Shown: positions 26,392 to 36,232, counted from the first letter of the stretch. The stretch: 64,000 bases of DNA from Planctomycetota bacterium (GCA_051278165.1 JBNMNW010000001.1:42235-106234); one strand, 5' to 3'. Translations and numbers: made by a program. The notes: generated by a model from the sequence alone, not told the origin.

Positions 26392-29208
26392 ATGACGTCC
26401 GCTACCAAGCCCGATTTCGCCCTGATCCAAAAGGTCGCGCGCCGCGCATTCGTCCACATGGTGGCGATGATCCACGTTGCGAATCATCGCGACGACGCGG
26501 ACAAGACCGACCCCAAGGTCGGCGGCCACCCCGCCGCCTGCGCTTCAAGCCTCGACTTCATGTCGGCGCTGCACCTCGCGGTGCGCCAGCCGGGTGACTT
26601 CATCTGTTGCAAGCCGCACGCGTCGCCGATCGATCACTCGCTACACCACGCGATGGGATTGTTCCGCCACCCCGACGGCAAGTGGTTCGAGGAAGAGGAA
26701 GCCGAAGCGGTCATGCATCGACTGCGCAGCTTCTCGCACGATGGCAAGCCGGTCTTCCAGAGCTACCACGCCGAAGCCGATCCAGACAGCTGGCACTTTC
26801 TGCCGTCTGGCTCAGTTGGCATTCCGCCGGTCGTCGCGGTCTACCAGGCACTCGCCTACCGCTACGCAAAACAGCACGGCTGGGACATCGACGAGCCGCA
26901 CTTCTGGTGCATGATGGGCGACAGTGAGTTCCGCGAAGGCTCGCTGCTCGAAGTGCTTCCCGAGGTCGCCGAACGCGAACTAGGCAACGTCACGTGGATC
27001 GTTGACTACAACCGCCAGAACCTCGACGGCACGCGCATCCCGAACAACCGCGGCTTGCAGGGCACGGATGCGGACCGCATCGAAGGCACCGCGATCGCCA
27101 ACGGCTGGGACGTCATCCAACTGCGTCACGGCAAGTTCCGCGAGTCGATCTTCGCCAAGCAGGGCGGCGACGCGCTGCGCAAGGTGATCGAAGATGGCAT
27201 GACGGATTACCACTACCAGGCCCTGCTCTGGAAGCGCGATCCGAGCCTGATGCGCGAAGCGATTGTCGCCAAGGACAAGTCGACCAAGAAGCTGCTCGAG
27301 TCGCTGAGCGATGACGATGTCATCAAGCTCTACTTCGACACCGGTGGTCATGACTACGAAGCGATCGTCGAAGCCTTCGAAGCGTCGAAGGTCGACAAGC
27401 TGCGCCCGACGCTGATCGTCGCCCACACCATCAAGGGCCGCGGCCTCGAGTGCGTCGCCGCCAACGGCAATCACTCCGCGATGCCGACCGAGAAGGAAGT
27501 CGTCGCCATCCTCGAAGAGCACGGCATGTCGCTGGAGCGCCCGTTCCAACGCCTCGACGCTGACAGTGAGGAAGCCAAGTTTGTGACCCAACGTGGTGCA
27601 GAGATGCGCCTCGGCATCGAATCGCTCGAGGCACAAGCCGAAGCCAACCGCCAGCGCGTCGTAGCCCAGATTGAAGAGCACGGCGGCCTACCGGACGCCC
27701 TCAACATCAACCTGAAGCTCTCCCCAATCACCCACACGCAATGGATGTGGGGCCAGCTTGCCAGCAAGTTGGTGCGCATCGGCGTCTATGACGAACTGCG
27801 CAAGGGCGGCCACGAGAAGAAGGCCGGCAAGGAACTGACCGCCGACGAGACCAAGTGGAATCCGCTCGCCGACCTGATGATGACGATGGCGCCCGACGTT
27901 GGCACCTCGACCAACATCAACCCGGCGATGGACGAGAAGATCTTCGGTCCGAAGCACGATGAAAACTGGGAGTCGAAGCTCGACCTGCACGAGCGCCTGC
28001 GCCCACAACTCGCGCCGACCGACGAAGCCTGGACGCGCCACATTCGCTTCGAGATCGCCGAGGCCAACTGCATGACCGCGGTCGGCAGCTTCGGCAAGAT
28101 GGGCGACTGCGCCGGCATCCCGTTCTTGCCGATGATGACGGTCTACGACTTCTTCATCAAACGCGCGCTCGACCAGCTCTACTACAACCTCTACTGGGGC
28201 AGTTCGTTCGTGCTCGTCGGCACGCCGTCGGGCATCACGCTCGCACCGGAAGGCGCGCAGCACAGCTGGAAGAGCGACATCCAGATTCCCAACCTGATCA
28301 CGTGGGAACCCGCCTACGCGATCGAAATGGAATGGATCCTGTGTGACGCGATCAAGCGCCACTTCACGAAGGACAACAAGGGCCGCACCGGTGTCTTGGT
28401 GCGCGCCGTGACGCGGGGCTTGGTCCAGAAGGATTTGATGATCTGGCTGAAGAAGCAGCTGCAGTTCAAGACCAACATGCCGGCGAACGCACAGCTCGGC
28501 ATGACCGCGCAAGACGGCGGCCTGCATGAAGCCGAGGTCACGACCAAGACTGAGGAGGAGATCCTCACGACCATCAAGCAGCACTCACTGTCTGGCGGTT
28601 ACCGCCTGATCGATTGGCGCGGCTACCGCGGCTACCAGCCGGGCGAGAACGTCGTCGAGCTATTCGTCATGGGCGCCCTGGTACCCGAGGCGATTGGCGC
28701 GGCACAACTCCTGCTCGATCGCGGCATCTACGCCAACGTCACGGTCGTCTCGTCGCCGGATCTGTTGATCGGTGAAATGGCGCGCAAGAACGGCTTCGCC
28801 CACTTGAAGCAAACGCTGCAAGTTGACGGCCGCCTGCACCTTCGCCCCGCTGGCGGCAAGAGCGGCCAAGCCCTCGGCAAAACCGACGTCGTCAACTTGG
28901 CTGGCAGCCGCGTGCCAGTCGTATCGGTGCACGACGGCGAGATCGGCCTGCTCGACAACATCGGTTCGCTGATCGGCGTGCCGCAGTATGCCAAGGCCGT
29001 CACCAAGTTCAGCAAGTCCGGCACCATCAAGCACATCTTCGAATACCACGGCATGCACGCCGAGGGCATCGTCGAGGCGTGCGGCCAGATCCTGAGCGAG
29101 ACGGCCATGGAGCAGGTCGAACTGCATCCTGAAGCCATGTCGATGCTGCGTCAGCAGGGCGGCACGGCGGACGGCGATTGGCGCGACCTGTGGCCAAAGA
29201 CCCAGTAA
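26392..29208 (+). CDS. aceE: thiamine-diphosphate-dependent 2-oxoacid dehydrogenase E1 component, homodimeric AceE-like
   Basis: 938 aa. VAMIHVANHRDDADKTDPKVGGHPAACASS parallels AceE AMAMVVRANKK..LGGHIASFASS. The ThDP motif GDSEFREGSLLEV...NVTWIVDYNRQNLDG parallels GDGEMDEPES...NLIFVINCNLQRLDG. No E2 or E3 gene is adjacent. Confidence 0.8.
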   Translation: MTSATKPDFALIQKVARRAFVHMVAMIHVANHRDDADKTDPKVGGHPAACASSLDFMSALHLAVRQPGDFICCKPHASPIDHSLHHAMGLFRHPDGKWFEEEEAEAVMHRLRSFSHDGKPVFQSYHAEADPDSWHFLPSGSVGIPPVVAVYQALAYRYAKQHGWDIDEPHFWCMMGDSEFREGSLLEVLPEVAERELGNVTWIVDYNRQNLDGTRIPNNRGLQGTDADRIEGTAIANGWDVIQLRHGKFRESIFAKQGGDALRKVIEDGMTDYHYQALLWKRDPSLMREAIVAKDKSTKKLLESLSDDDVIKLYFDTGGHDYEAIVEAFEASKVDKLRPTLIVAHTIKGRGLECVAANGNHSAMPTEKEVVAILEEHGMSLERPFQRLDADSEEAKFVTQRGAEMRLGIESLEAQAEANRQRVVAQIEEHGGLPDALNINLKLSPITHTQWMWGQLASKLVRIGVYDELRKGGHEKKAGKELTADETKWNPLADLMMTMAPDVGTSTNINPAMDEKIFGPKHDENWESKLDLHERLRPQLAPTDEAWTRHIRFEIAEANCMTAVGSFGKMGDCAGIPFLPMMTVYDFFIKRALDQLYYNLYWGSSFVLVGTPSGITLAPEGAQHSWKSDIQIPNLITWEPAYAIEMEWILCDAIKRHFTKDNKGRTGVLVRAVTRGLVQKDLMIWLKKQLQFKTNMPANAQLGMTAQDGGLHEAEVTTKTEEEILTTIKQHSLSGGYRLIDWRGYRGYQPGENVVELFVMGALVPEAIGAAQLLLDRGIYANVTVVSSPDLLIGEMARKNGFAHLKQTLQVDGRLHLRPAGGKSGQALGKTDVVNLAGSRVPVVSVHDGEIGLLDNIGSLIGVPQYAKAVTKFSKSGTIKHIFEYHGMHAEGIVEACGQILSETAMEQVELHPEAMSMLRQQGGTADGDWRDLWPKTQ

Positions 29209-29386
29209 GCCGCTGCCGCCGCGCGCTTTCGTAAGGGGCGGATCCACGAGGCGCACCCGTGGGCGAAATCCCACGATTGAGCCGCTGCAGGCGGCAACTC
29301 GTGACCAGGGCGCACCAAGCCGGCTTTTGAGTGAACCGGCAGCCGACGACGGTCGTTGCGGCGGGCTTCCCATTAGGAGCCTACCC

Positions 29387-30862
29387 ATGATCCTTCGCGC
29401 ACTCGTCTCAGCGGGACTCGCTGCAGCCCCGACCCTTCTCGCCCCGACCGTGCTAACGGCGAGCCTCACCTGTCAGGAACCACCAGCCCTGCTGGCGACC
29501 TCGCAGTATCTATTCATCGTGCGCGGCGACTGGGTCTACCAGTATGACGTCAACACCTTGCTACTGAAGGGTCGCGCGGCGATCCCAGCATCTGGCGCCA
29601 CTGGTCGCCGTTCGCCGCGACGTGCCACAAATGGCATAGGCACCATCGGCATAGATAAACGGTCCGATCGCGGCACGCCAGCCGTCGACAAACCGAGGCG
29701 CGTCAAGCCGAAACCTGCGCAGCCGGTGATCGTCGAAGTCACCGAAGAGCGGCCGCTCATGGGCGGTGCCGGTGGTCGTTACGGCAGTCGCGGCGGAGGT
29801 CGTGGTGGCAAGGGTGGTGGCAAGCCGACCGCGACAGCCATCGGTGCAGGCCTGAACTGGCTCGCCAAGCACCAAGACAAGAACGGTCGGTGGGATGCCG
29901 ATGGGTTCATGAAGCACGACACCTCGGGCACGGCCTGTGACGGCGGTGGCAGCGCCGCTCACGATGTAGGCGTCACCGGCCTCGCCATGTTGGCGATGCT
30001 CGGCGACGGCAGCACGCTGCGCGGCGGCCCCTACAAGGAGCAACTGAAGCTCGCGGCCAGGTGGCTCCAAGACCAACAAGGCCCGAACGGCCGCTTTGGC
30101 AGCAACGCGTCACACGACTTCATCTACGACCACGCCATTGCGGCCTACGCGATGTGCGAGGCCTACGGCCTGTCTAACTACAAGCTGCTCAAACAATCGG
30201 CACAGAAGGGCATCAACTACCTAGAGAGCCACCGCAACCCGTACTCCATGTGGCGCTACCAGCCGCGCGACAACGACAACGACCTGTCGGTGACGTCCTG
30301 GTGCTTGCTCGCGTATAAGTCCGCCGAGTTCTTCAAGCTTCAGGTCAACCAGAACGCCATCAAGCTCGGCGAAACCTACCTTGACCAGGTCAGCACACCG
30401 GATGGCCGCCACGGCTACACAAAGCAAGGCGAAGGCAGTTCGCGCATGCCCGGTGATCACGCGACGCGGTTCCCGACCGACAAGTGCGAAACGCTGACCG
30501 CCGCCGGCCTGTTCTGTCGCTACTTCATTGGCCAAGATCCTGATAGCAAGCCAGTGATGAAGGCTGCCGCGGACCTACTGATCCAGAAACCGCCACGCTG
30601 GGACACCAACGCCGGCACGATTGATCACTACTACTGGTACTACGGCACCTACGCGATGTTCCAAGCGGGTGGCATGCATTGGAAGAACTGGAGCAAGCAC
30701 CTGAAGAGCGCCTTGCTGCCAACGCAATACACGGAAGGTAACGCAGCTGGTTCGTGGGATCCGGCAGGCGTCTGGGGCACGCAAGGCGGACGCGTCTACT
30801 CGACCGCGATGTCGACCCTGTCCCTCGAAGCCTACTACCGCTACTCGCGCCTCGTTAGGTAG
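29387..30862 (+). CDS. secreted prenyltransferase/squalene-oxidase-repeat (alpha-alpha toroid) protein
   Basis: AGGAG lies 9 nt upstream of ATG 29387. Signal-like MILRALVSAGLAAAPTLLAPTVL. An RGG-rich linker (GGRYGSRGGGRGGKGGGK) is present. Repeats of the type GLNWLAKHQDKNGRW, AARWLQDQQGPNGRF, GINYLESHRNP and SWCLLAY are seen. Confidence 0.75.
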   Translation: MILRALVSAGLAAAPTLLAPTVLTASLTCQEPPALLATSQYLFIVRGDWVYQYDVNTLLLKGRAAIPASGATGRRSPRRATNGIGTIGIDKRSDRGTPAVDKPRRVKPKPAQPVIVEVTEERPLMGGAGGRYGSRGGGRGGKGGGKPTATAIGAGLNWLAKHQDKNGRWDADGFMKHDTSGTACDGGGSAAHDVGVTGLAMLAMLGDGSTLRGGPYKEQLKLAARWLQDQQGPNGRFGSNASHDFIYDHAIAAYAMCEAYGLSNYKLLKQSAQKGINYLESHRNPYSMWRYQPRDNDNDLSVTSWCLLAYKSAEFFKLQVNQNAIKLGETYLDQVSTPDGRHGYTKQGEGSSRMPGDHATRFPTDKCETLTAAGLFCRYFIGQDPDSKPVMKAAADLLIQKPPRWDTNAGTIDHYYWYYGTYAMFQAGGMHWKNWSKHLKSALLPTQYTEGNAAGSWDPAGVWGTQGGRVYSTAMSTLSLEAYYRYSRLVR

Positions 30863-31201
30863 ATACGTCGCCGGCAGAGACGTCGCCGGGGCACGCAGTC
30901 CCGGCACGCAGTTCGGCACTATGTTTCGGCACGACGTGCGAAGGGCGCGAATCAGCGCCCCCTGCCAAGAACCGGTCCGCACTTGGCAGCGAACCGACCG
31001 TTCCTCAGAAGGTCCGCGCCGCACAGCCAACCGACAGCAAGGGACAATCCCCCCACCTCCACTGCCAGGCCGCCAGTTCCCGTCACACTGAGACCCACTA
31101 GTTTCTATTCACCGAGTAGAGTTTATCCCGCGTACTTACGGCGAAACCGCGTAGCCGACCGCCACTCCGATGCACCACCCGCAGCCCCCACAAGCACGTC
31201 G

Positions 31202-32365
31202 ATGAGCAGCAACTACACGCCGTTCACCCCCCAACGCCAAAGCCCGCTGCCATTGCTGTTCGCTGGCGCCGCGTTCGCACTCGCCGCCTACCTGGTGCTC
31301 GACCGCACTGGCGTGTTTGACCCGACGGCCAGCAGCGTCCCGCGAGTCATCTCGCCGCGCGGCGAATTGGCCCCGCACGAGGCCAGCTTGGTGGCACTGT
31401 TCCAAAACACGTCGCCGTCGGTCGCCCACATCAGCACAACGTCGATGGTGCGAACCTACTCGGGCCTCACCGAGCAGCAAGGATCGGGTAGCGGCTTTGT
31501 CTGGGACAACGCCGGCACGATCGTCACCAATCACCACGTCGTCGCCGGCGCGAGCGAAGTGATGGTGACCGTCGACGGTCACAACTACCTCGCGGATGTG
31601 CTGCGCTCGTCGCCATCTCACGACCTCGCAATCTTGAAGCTGCGCGCCAGTGGCGTCGACCTCAAGCCAATCGCACTCGGCACCTCCAAGGACCTGCAAG
31701 TCGGCCAAACGACGATCGCGATCGGCAACCCGTTCGGCTTCGACCAGACGATGACAACCGGCATCGTAAGCGCGATCAACCGCACGTTGAAGTCGAAGGA
31801 AGGCAACGTGATGCGCGGCCTGGTGCAGGTCGATGCGGCGATCAACCCCGGCAACTCTGGCGGACCATTACTCGATAGTGCCGGTCGACTGATCGGCGTT
31901 ACGACTGCGATCTACTCACCGAGTGGCGCCAACGCTGGCCTCGGCTTTGCCGTGCCCGTTGACGTCGTCAACTTGGTCGTGCCACGCCTGATCGCCGGCA
32001 AACCAACGACCGCCTTGCTCGGCGTGCAATCAGACTTCGAACGCCTCAACCTCGATCCCAAACTGGGGTATCGCTCGGGCGCGATCGTCACCGAGGTCGT
32101 CGAAGGCTACGGCGCGCGCGCCGCCGGACTGCGGCCGTTCAAGATCCGCAACGATCATCGCATCGAAAAGTACGGCGACGTCATCGTGGCCATCGATGGC
32201 CAACCAGTGCGGTCCTACAGCGAACTGCCGCTCGTTTTATCGAGCCGCAATTCCGGTGACATGGTGCGAGTCACGGCCATCCGTGGCTTACCTGACAATC
32301 CACGCACCGTGACGTTCGACATCGAGATGCGCACCCAAGACGAGCCGATCGACGCCGGCATGTAG
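31202..32365 (+). CDS. HtrA/DegP-family serine protease with PDZ domain, membrane-anchored
   Basis: The likely start is ATG 31202 (MSSNYTPF..., TM segment LPLLFAGAAFALAAYLVL). Triad contexts TNHHVV, SHDLAILKL and GNSGGPLLDSAGRLIGV. The PDZ-like tail contains GDVIVAIDGQPV. Confidence 0.88.
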   Translation: MSSNYTPFTPQRQSPLPLLFAGAAFALAAYLVLDRTGVFDPTASSVPRVISPRGELAPHEASLVALFQNTSPSVAHISTTSMVRTYSGLTEQQGSGSGFVWDNAGTIVTNHHVVAGASEVMVTVDGHNYLADVLRSSPSHDLAILKLRASGVDLKPIALGTSKDLQVGQTTIAIGNPFGFDQTMTTGIVSAINRTLKSKEGNVMRGLVQVDAAINPGNSGGPLLDSAGRLIGVTTAIYSPSGANAGLGFAVPVDVVNLVVPRLIAGKPTTALLGVQSDFERLNLDPKLGYRSGAIVTEVVEGYGARAAGLRPFKIRNDHRIEKYGDVIVAIDGQPVRSYSELPLVLSSRNSGDMVRVTAIRGLPDNPRTVTFDIEMRTQDEPIDAGM

Positions 32366-32427
32366 CGACGCGCGGCTTGGCCTAGCTCTGGTGACCGAAC
32401 GGTAAGTTCAGCGCCCGACTAGCTCGA

Positions 32428-33327
32428 CTAGCCCAACTTGGCTTCGATGATCTGCTCGTTCGCATCAAAGCTCGGCAGCTTGATGTGCGCCGCAAGCTCG
32501 GCATCGATAGCGGCTCTCGGAGCCAAGCCAATCAACTCGCTTGCAACAACCTCGACACCCTGTGCTGCCGCGAGTTCGGCGACCTTGTCGAACACGGTGC
32601 GAATCGACGTCACGTTGTAGTCGAGCAAGTTCATGCTGACCTGCGACTGCTTCTTGTCTTCTAGCGAGAAGCCCATGCCCTGCACCTTGGCAAAGCCGCC
32701 GTCCTTCTCACGCACCGCCTTGGCGATGTCCTTGGCAATCTGCACGTCTTCGGTTGCCAGGTTGATGTTGTAGGCGATCAAGAACGTGCGCGCGCCAACC
32801 GCCAATGCGCCGGCCGTGCTGTGCATCTTGGCGGGACCGAAATCCGGCGCGTAGTCCGGGTCGACTCCGACCAGTTCTTGCAGGCCTTCGAACTGCTTGT
32901 TCCGGAAGTTGCCGAGCTTGCGACGGTCTTCGCGCTGGCACGCTTCCGCGTAGAGGAACACCGGCAAACTCAGTTCTTCGCCAATGCGCTTCGCGACGGC
33001 GCGCGCGGTATCGACGGCATCCTGCATCGTCGCATTGCCGAGCGGCACGAACGGGCAGACGTCCATGGCCCCCATGCGCTTGTGCTCGCCAACATGGTGA
33101 CGCAGATCGATCTTGTCCATGGCCGCACCAGCGCCAACAAAGGCTGCTTCCGCAACCGCGTCGGCCGGGCCAGCCAACGTGACCACAGCACGGTTGTGGC
33201 TGCCATCGAGTTCGGCGCCAAGGCATGTCACGCCCGGGACGGCCGTCATGGCGGCGACGATGCTGTCGATAACGGCCTGATCTTTGCCGTTGGAGAAGTT
33301 AGGAATGAACTCTAGAAGCGGTTTCAC
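32428..33327 (-). CDS. ftcD: glutamate formimidoyltransferase (formiminotransferase domain only)
   Basis: N-terminal LLEFIPNFSNGKD (compare ECVPNFSEGR), DGSHNRAVVTLAG and MGAMDVCPFVP. At 299 aa it covers the FT domain without the cyclodeaminase domain. Confidence 0.85.
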   Translation of the reverse strand: MKPLLEFIPNFSNGKDQAVIDSIVAAMTAVPGVTCLGAELDGSHNRAVVTLAGPADAVAEAAFVGAGAAMDKIDLRHHVGEHKRMGAMDVCPFVPLGNATMQDAVDTARAVAKRIGEELSLPVFLYAEACQREDRRKLGNFRNKQFEGLQELVGVDPDYAPDFGPAKMHSTAGALAVGARTFLIAYNINLATEDVQIAKDIAKAVREKDGGFAKVQGMGFSLEDKKQSQVSMNLLDYNVTSIRTVFDKVAELAAAQGVEVVASELIGLAPRAAIDAELAAHIKLPSFDANEQIIEAKLG

Positions 33328-33428
33328 GTGTGCTGAGGTATCGCGGCCAGCCCACCGTGTCCAGTTGTGGCTACAAAGCGCGGCCTTCCAGTGTTGTTGG
33401 CGAGGCGGTCGTGGCTACGATCCAACGC

Positions 33429-33722
33429 ATGAAGAAGGCTCTCCTAAGCCTCTCCGCCCTCGCGTGCCTGAGCCTGCAAAGCTGTGTTCTCACTAACATC
33501 CAGGTGCCGCTTGACACGGACCTCCAGAACACCGACCTCGGGGATAAGACCGGGGAATCGTCGTTTCAGAGCGTTCTTGGGCTCGTCATGTGGGGCAACG
33601 CCGGCACGCAGGCAGCAGCCATGGACGGTGGCATCACAACGCTGAAGCACGCTGACCAGCAGATCTTCTCGGTCTTCTGGGGCGTCTACTACCGCCAGAC
33701 TACGGTCGTTTACGGGAACTGA
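33429..33722 (+). CDS. TRL-like family lipoprotein
   Basis: The likely start is ATG 33429 (MKKALLSLSALACLSLQSC lipobox). KTGESSFQSVLGLVMWGNAGTQAAAMDGGITTL...TTVVYGN matches the TRL-domain pattern. Confidence 0.7.
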   Translation: MKKALLSLSALACLSLQSCVLTNIQVPLDTDLQNTDLGDKTGESSFQSVLGLVMWGNAGTQAAAMDGGITTLKHADQQIFSVFWGVYYRQTTVVYGN

Positions 33723-33808
33723 TTTGATGCGCACGCTCTTGAGCATCGCAGGTATCTGGACCCAGGTGTTCGTCACGGTCTACGGCGAGTAGCCCGAACG
33801 CGCTGATT

Positions 33809-34585
33809 ATGTCGAACGACCAAGACAATGCGGACGGGTTCGCCTGCGACGAGTTTTTTGATCAGGACTACCTCGAGTTCTACGAAGCCGAACTCAACGA
33901 CGAAACCAACGACGACGAAGCGCACACGATCGCCGAGCTATTGCAACTACAGCCCGGGATGCGCCTGCTCGATCTGCCCTGTGGCCACGGCCGCATCGCT
34001 CGGCGGCTGGCGGCCATGGGCGCAGCGGTAACCGGTATCGACCGCAGCGAGCTGTTCCTCGAACACGCACGAAGTGACGCCGCTCAGCATGGCGTCGAAG
34101 TCGACTATCGAAGCGGCGACATGCGCACGCTCTCGATTGACGGTGCGTTCGATGTCGTGCTCAACTGGTTCACGTCGTTCGGCTACGAAGATGACGACAC
34201 GCTTCGCACGCTGCTAACGCGCATGCACCGCGCACTGGTGCCCGGCGGCCGCCTGCTGCTAGAGACGATCAACCTGCACCAGCGCAACCTGCAGTCGCAA
34301 GAGACCTCGGACACGAAGGAGCTCGTCACCGATGAAGGCACGCACTTCCTGATCGATCGTTGCCACTACGACCCGCACGACGGCCGCATCCACGCCCGCC
34401 GCTTCATCACTCGTAGCGGCCAGCAGACCCGCATGATCCCGTGGCAGCTGCGCTTGTTCCCGCTAACGGAACTGAAGAGTTGGCTACACGACGCGGGCTT
34501 CGCGAACGTGCAAGCATTCGGCTCCGACGGCGAAGTGTTTCGCTGTGACAGCGAACGATTGATCGTTGTTGCGCAGCGTCAGTAA
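33809..34585 (+). CDS. class I SAM-dependent methyltransferase
   Basis: LLDLPCGHGRIARRLAAMGAAVTGIDRS (motif I and post-I), FDVVLNWFTSFGY and LVPGGRLLLET. Its C-terminal half is paralogous in pattern to the 15559-16578 MTase. Confidence 0.85.
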   Translation: MSNDQDNADGFACDEFFDQDYLEFYEAELNDETNDDEAHTIAELLQLQPGMRLLDLPCGHGRIARRLAAMGAAVTGIDRSELFLEHARSDAAQHGVEVDYRSGDMRTLSIDGAFDVVLNWFTSFGYEDDDTLRTLLTRMHRALVPGGRLLLETINLHQRNLQSQETSDTKELVTDEGTHFLIDRCHYDPHDGRIHARRFITRSGQQTRMIPWQLRLFPLTELKSWLHDAGFANVQAFGSDGEVFRCDSERLIVVAQRQ

Positions 34586-34629
34586 CCAGGGGATCGATCG
34601 CCGCGCGACAATTCGTAGCCCCCGTTGGC

Positions 34630-34857
34630 ATGGACAATGACGCTGCCATTCACGCCATTGTCGAATGCGCCGACGTCGCCCGCCGAGGGCTGGCTGAAGG
34701 ATTGGCCAATACGATCCTGCGACTGGTGGTGCGCCGATTCGACGTGCAGCTGTCCGAGTTCGAAACACGCATCCGCAGCGCGTCCGTCGAAGAGTTGGAT
34801 CTATGGACGGACCGCGTGTTGCACGTCGAGTCCGCATCGGACCTCTTCACGATCTAG
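34630..34857 (+). CDS. stand-alone DUF4351-like domain (C-terminal fragment type of Rpn/YhgA-like PD-(D/E)XK nuclease/transposase proteins)
   Basis: 75 aa. GLAEGLANTILRLVVRRFDVQLSEFETRIRSASVEELDLWTDRVLHVESASDLF fits the DUF4351 pattern (EG..LLLRLL.RRFG.L....RI......LE.W..R.L.A.SL.E.F). Only 44 bp separate it from the preceding gene, so no nuclease domain is present. Confidence 0.55.
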   Translation: MDNDAAIHAIVECADVARRGLAEGLANTILRLVVRRFDVQLSEFETRIRSASVEELDLWTDRVLHVESASDLFTI

Positions 34858-34894
34858 TGCGACTCACTAACGCGAGCCAGGACACCGCGGAAAC

Positions 34895-36232
34895 CTACTC
34901 GCCGTGTTCGCCATCGCCATCGCCATCGCCATCGAGCACCACCCCGTCGGCGAACCAATCCGGTTGCCGGTCGGCAGTGTTGGCGAGTACCGGACGACCA
35001 TCCTTGATCGTCATAGCAACCGGGTTGCCACCGAACGAGTAGCCGAGCGCCTGCCAACTAGGAATGTCTAGCACGCACATGTCCGCGCGCTTGCCTGGAT
35101 GCAAGGTGCCAACCTCGTGATCCAATTGCAGCGAGAAGGCCGGATTGATCGTCGTCGCCGTGATGCACTCTTCCGGACTCATCTTCATCTGTGTGCACGC
35201 AATCGTATGAATCAACGTCATTGACTGCGTATGGCAAGAACCCGGATTAAAGTCCGTCGCGAGGGCGACCGCGCAACCAGCTTCGATCATCTTGCGAGCT
35301 GGCGCATAGCCTGGCTTGCCTAGGAAGAAGATCGTGCCCGGCAACAACACGCCGACCGTGTCACTGCTGGCCAGTGCCGCGATGCCTTCCGCTGAGATTT
35401 GGCCGAGGTGATCCGCGGAAGCGGCGCCGAGCGCGACGGCCATCTCAGCACCCCCCATTGGGTTGATTTCGTCAGCGTGCACGCGCAGTCGCATGCCAGC
35501 CGCCAAAGCAGCTTTGAGCACCCGCTCACTCTGCTCGCGAGTGAACACTCCTGGCTCCGCAAAGACATCGCAGTAGTCCACAATCGGCGCAACTGCTGGA
35601 ATCATCTCCTCGCAAACGATGCGCACATACTCATCACGGTTGTCGCGATACTCCGGCGGAAACTCATGGGCACCAAGAAACGTGCGCTTCAGTGCGAGCG
35701 GTACGACCGCGGCTGCTTGCGACAATGCCTCCATGCTCTTCTGCTCGGCTTCAAGCGACAGGCCATAGCCACCCTTCGCTTCAATCGTGGTAGTGCCGTG
35801 CTCAAGGAACCGCCACAGGTGCCGTTCGGTTGTCTCGACGAGATGCTCGAGCGTCGCGTCACGCACGGCCTGCATCGAACTCAAGATGCCGCCGCCGGCC
35901 TTGGCGATCTCCATATAGTCCGCGCCGGCACACCGCATGTGGAACTCACGTTCGCGCGTCTTCGCGAAGACCGGATGCGTGTGGCAGTCGACGAAGCCAG
36001 GCATCACGACAAAGCCATCGAGGTCGAGTTCTTCCGGCGCGCGGTAGTCACGCAGAATGTCTTCGGTGGTGCCGACCGCGACAATGCGACCGTCCTTGAC
36101 CGCGACAGCGCCGTCCTCGATCACGCCCAACTTGCGCATCGCCTCACCCCGGCGCGGGCCCGTTGCCTCGCCATCCGTGAGCGTGACGAGTTCTCGGCAG
36201 TGCACGAACAGGCGGTCGACAGTCTCTTGCAT
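34895..36232 (-). CDS. hutI: imidazolonepropionase (histidine utilisation)
   Basis: PGFVDCHTHPVFA, ASADHL and ALATDFNPGS motifs. The acidic C-terminal tail DGDGDGDGEHGE is encoded by 4 x GCCATC at 34910-34933. Confidence 0.9.
   Translation of the reverse strand: MQETVDRLFVHCRELVTLTDGEATGPRRGEAMRKLGVIEDGAVAVKDGRIVAVGTTEDILRDYRAPEELDLDGFVVMPGFVDCHTHPVFAKTREREFHMRCAGADYMEIAKAGGGILSSMQAVRDATLEHLVETTERHLWRFLEHGTTTIEAKGGYGLSLEAEQKSMEALSQAAAVVPLALKRTFLGAHEFPPEYRDNRDEYVRIVCEEMIPAVAPIVDYCDVFAEPGVFTREQSERVLKAALAAGMRLRVHADEINPMGGAEMAVALGAASADHLGQISAEGIAALASSDTVGVLLPGTIFFLGKPGYAPARKMIEAGCAVALATDFNPGSCHTQSMTLIHTIACTQMKMSPEECITATTINPAFSLQLDHEVGTLHPGKRADMCVLDIPSWQALGYSFGGNPVAMTIKDGRPVLANTADRQPDWFADGVVLDGDGDGDGEHGE

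Noticed and set aside
26028-26459. 143-aa minus-strand ORF in the spacer upstream of the AceE-like gene
   Set aside because: It overlaps the AceE-like start. Its N-terminal part is Pro/Trp/Arg-rich with weak coding bias, and no motif was recognised. I cannot fully exclude a ~97-aa protein from ATG 26321, but support is insufficient.
27688-28584. 298-aa minus-strand ORF
   Set aside because: Antisense to the AceE-like gene. It has low-complexity R/A/L/H composition and no start context.
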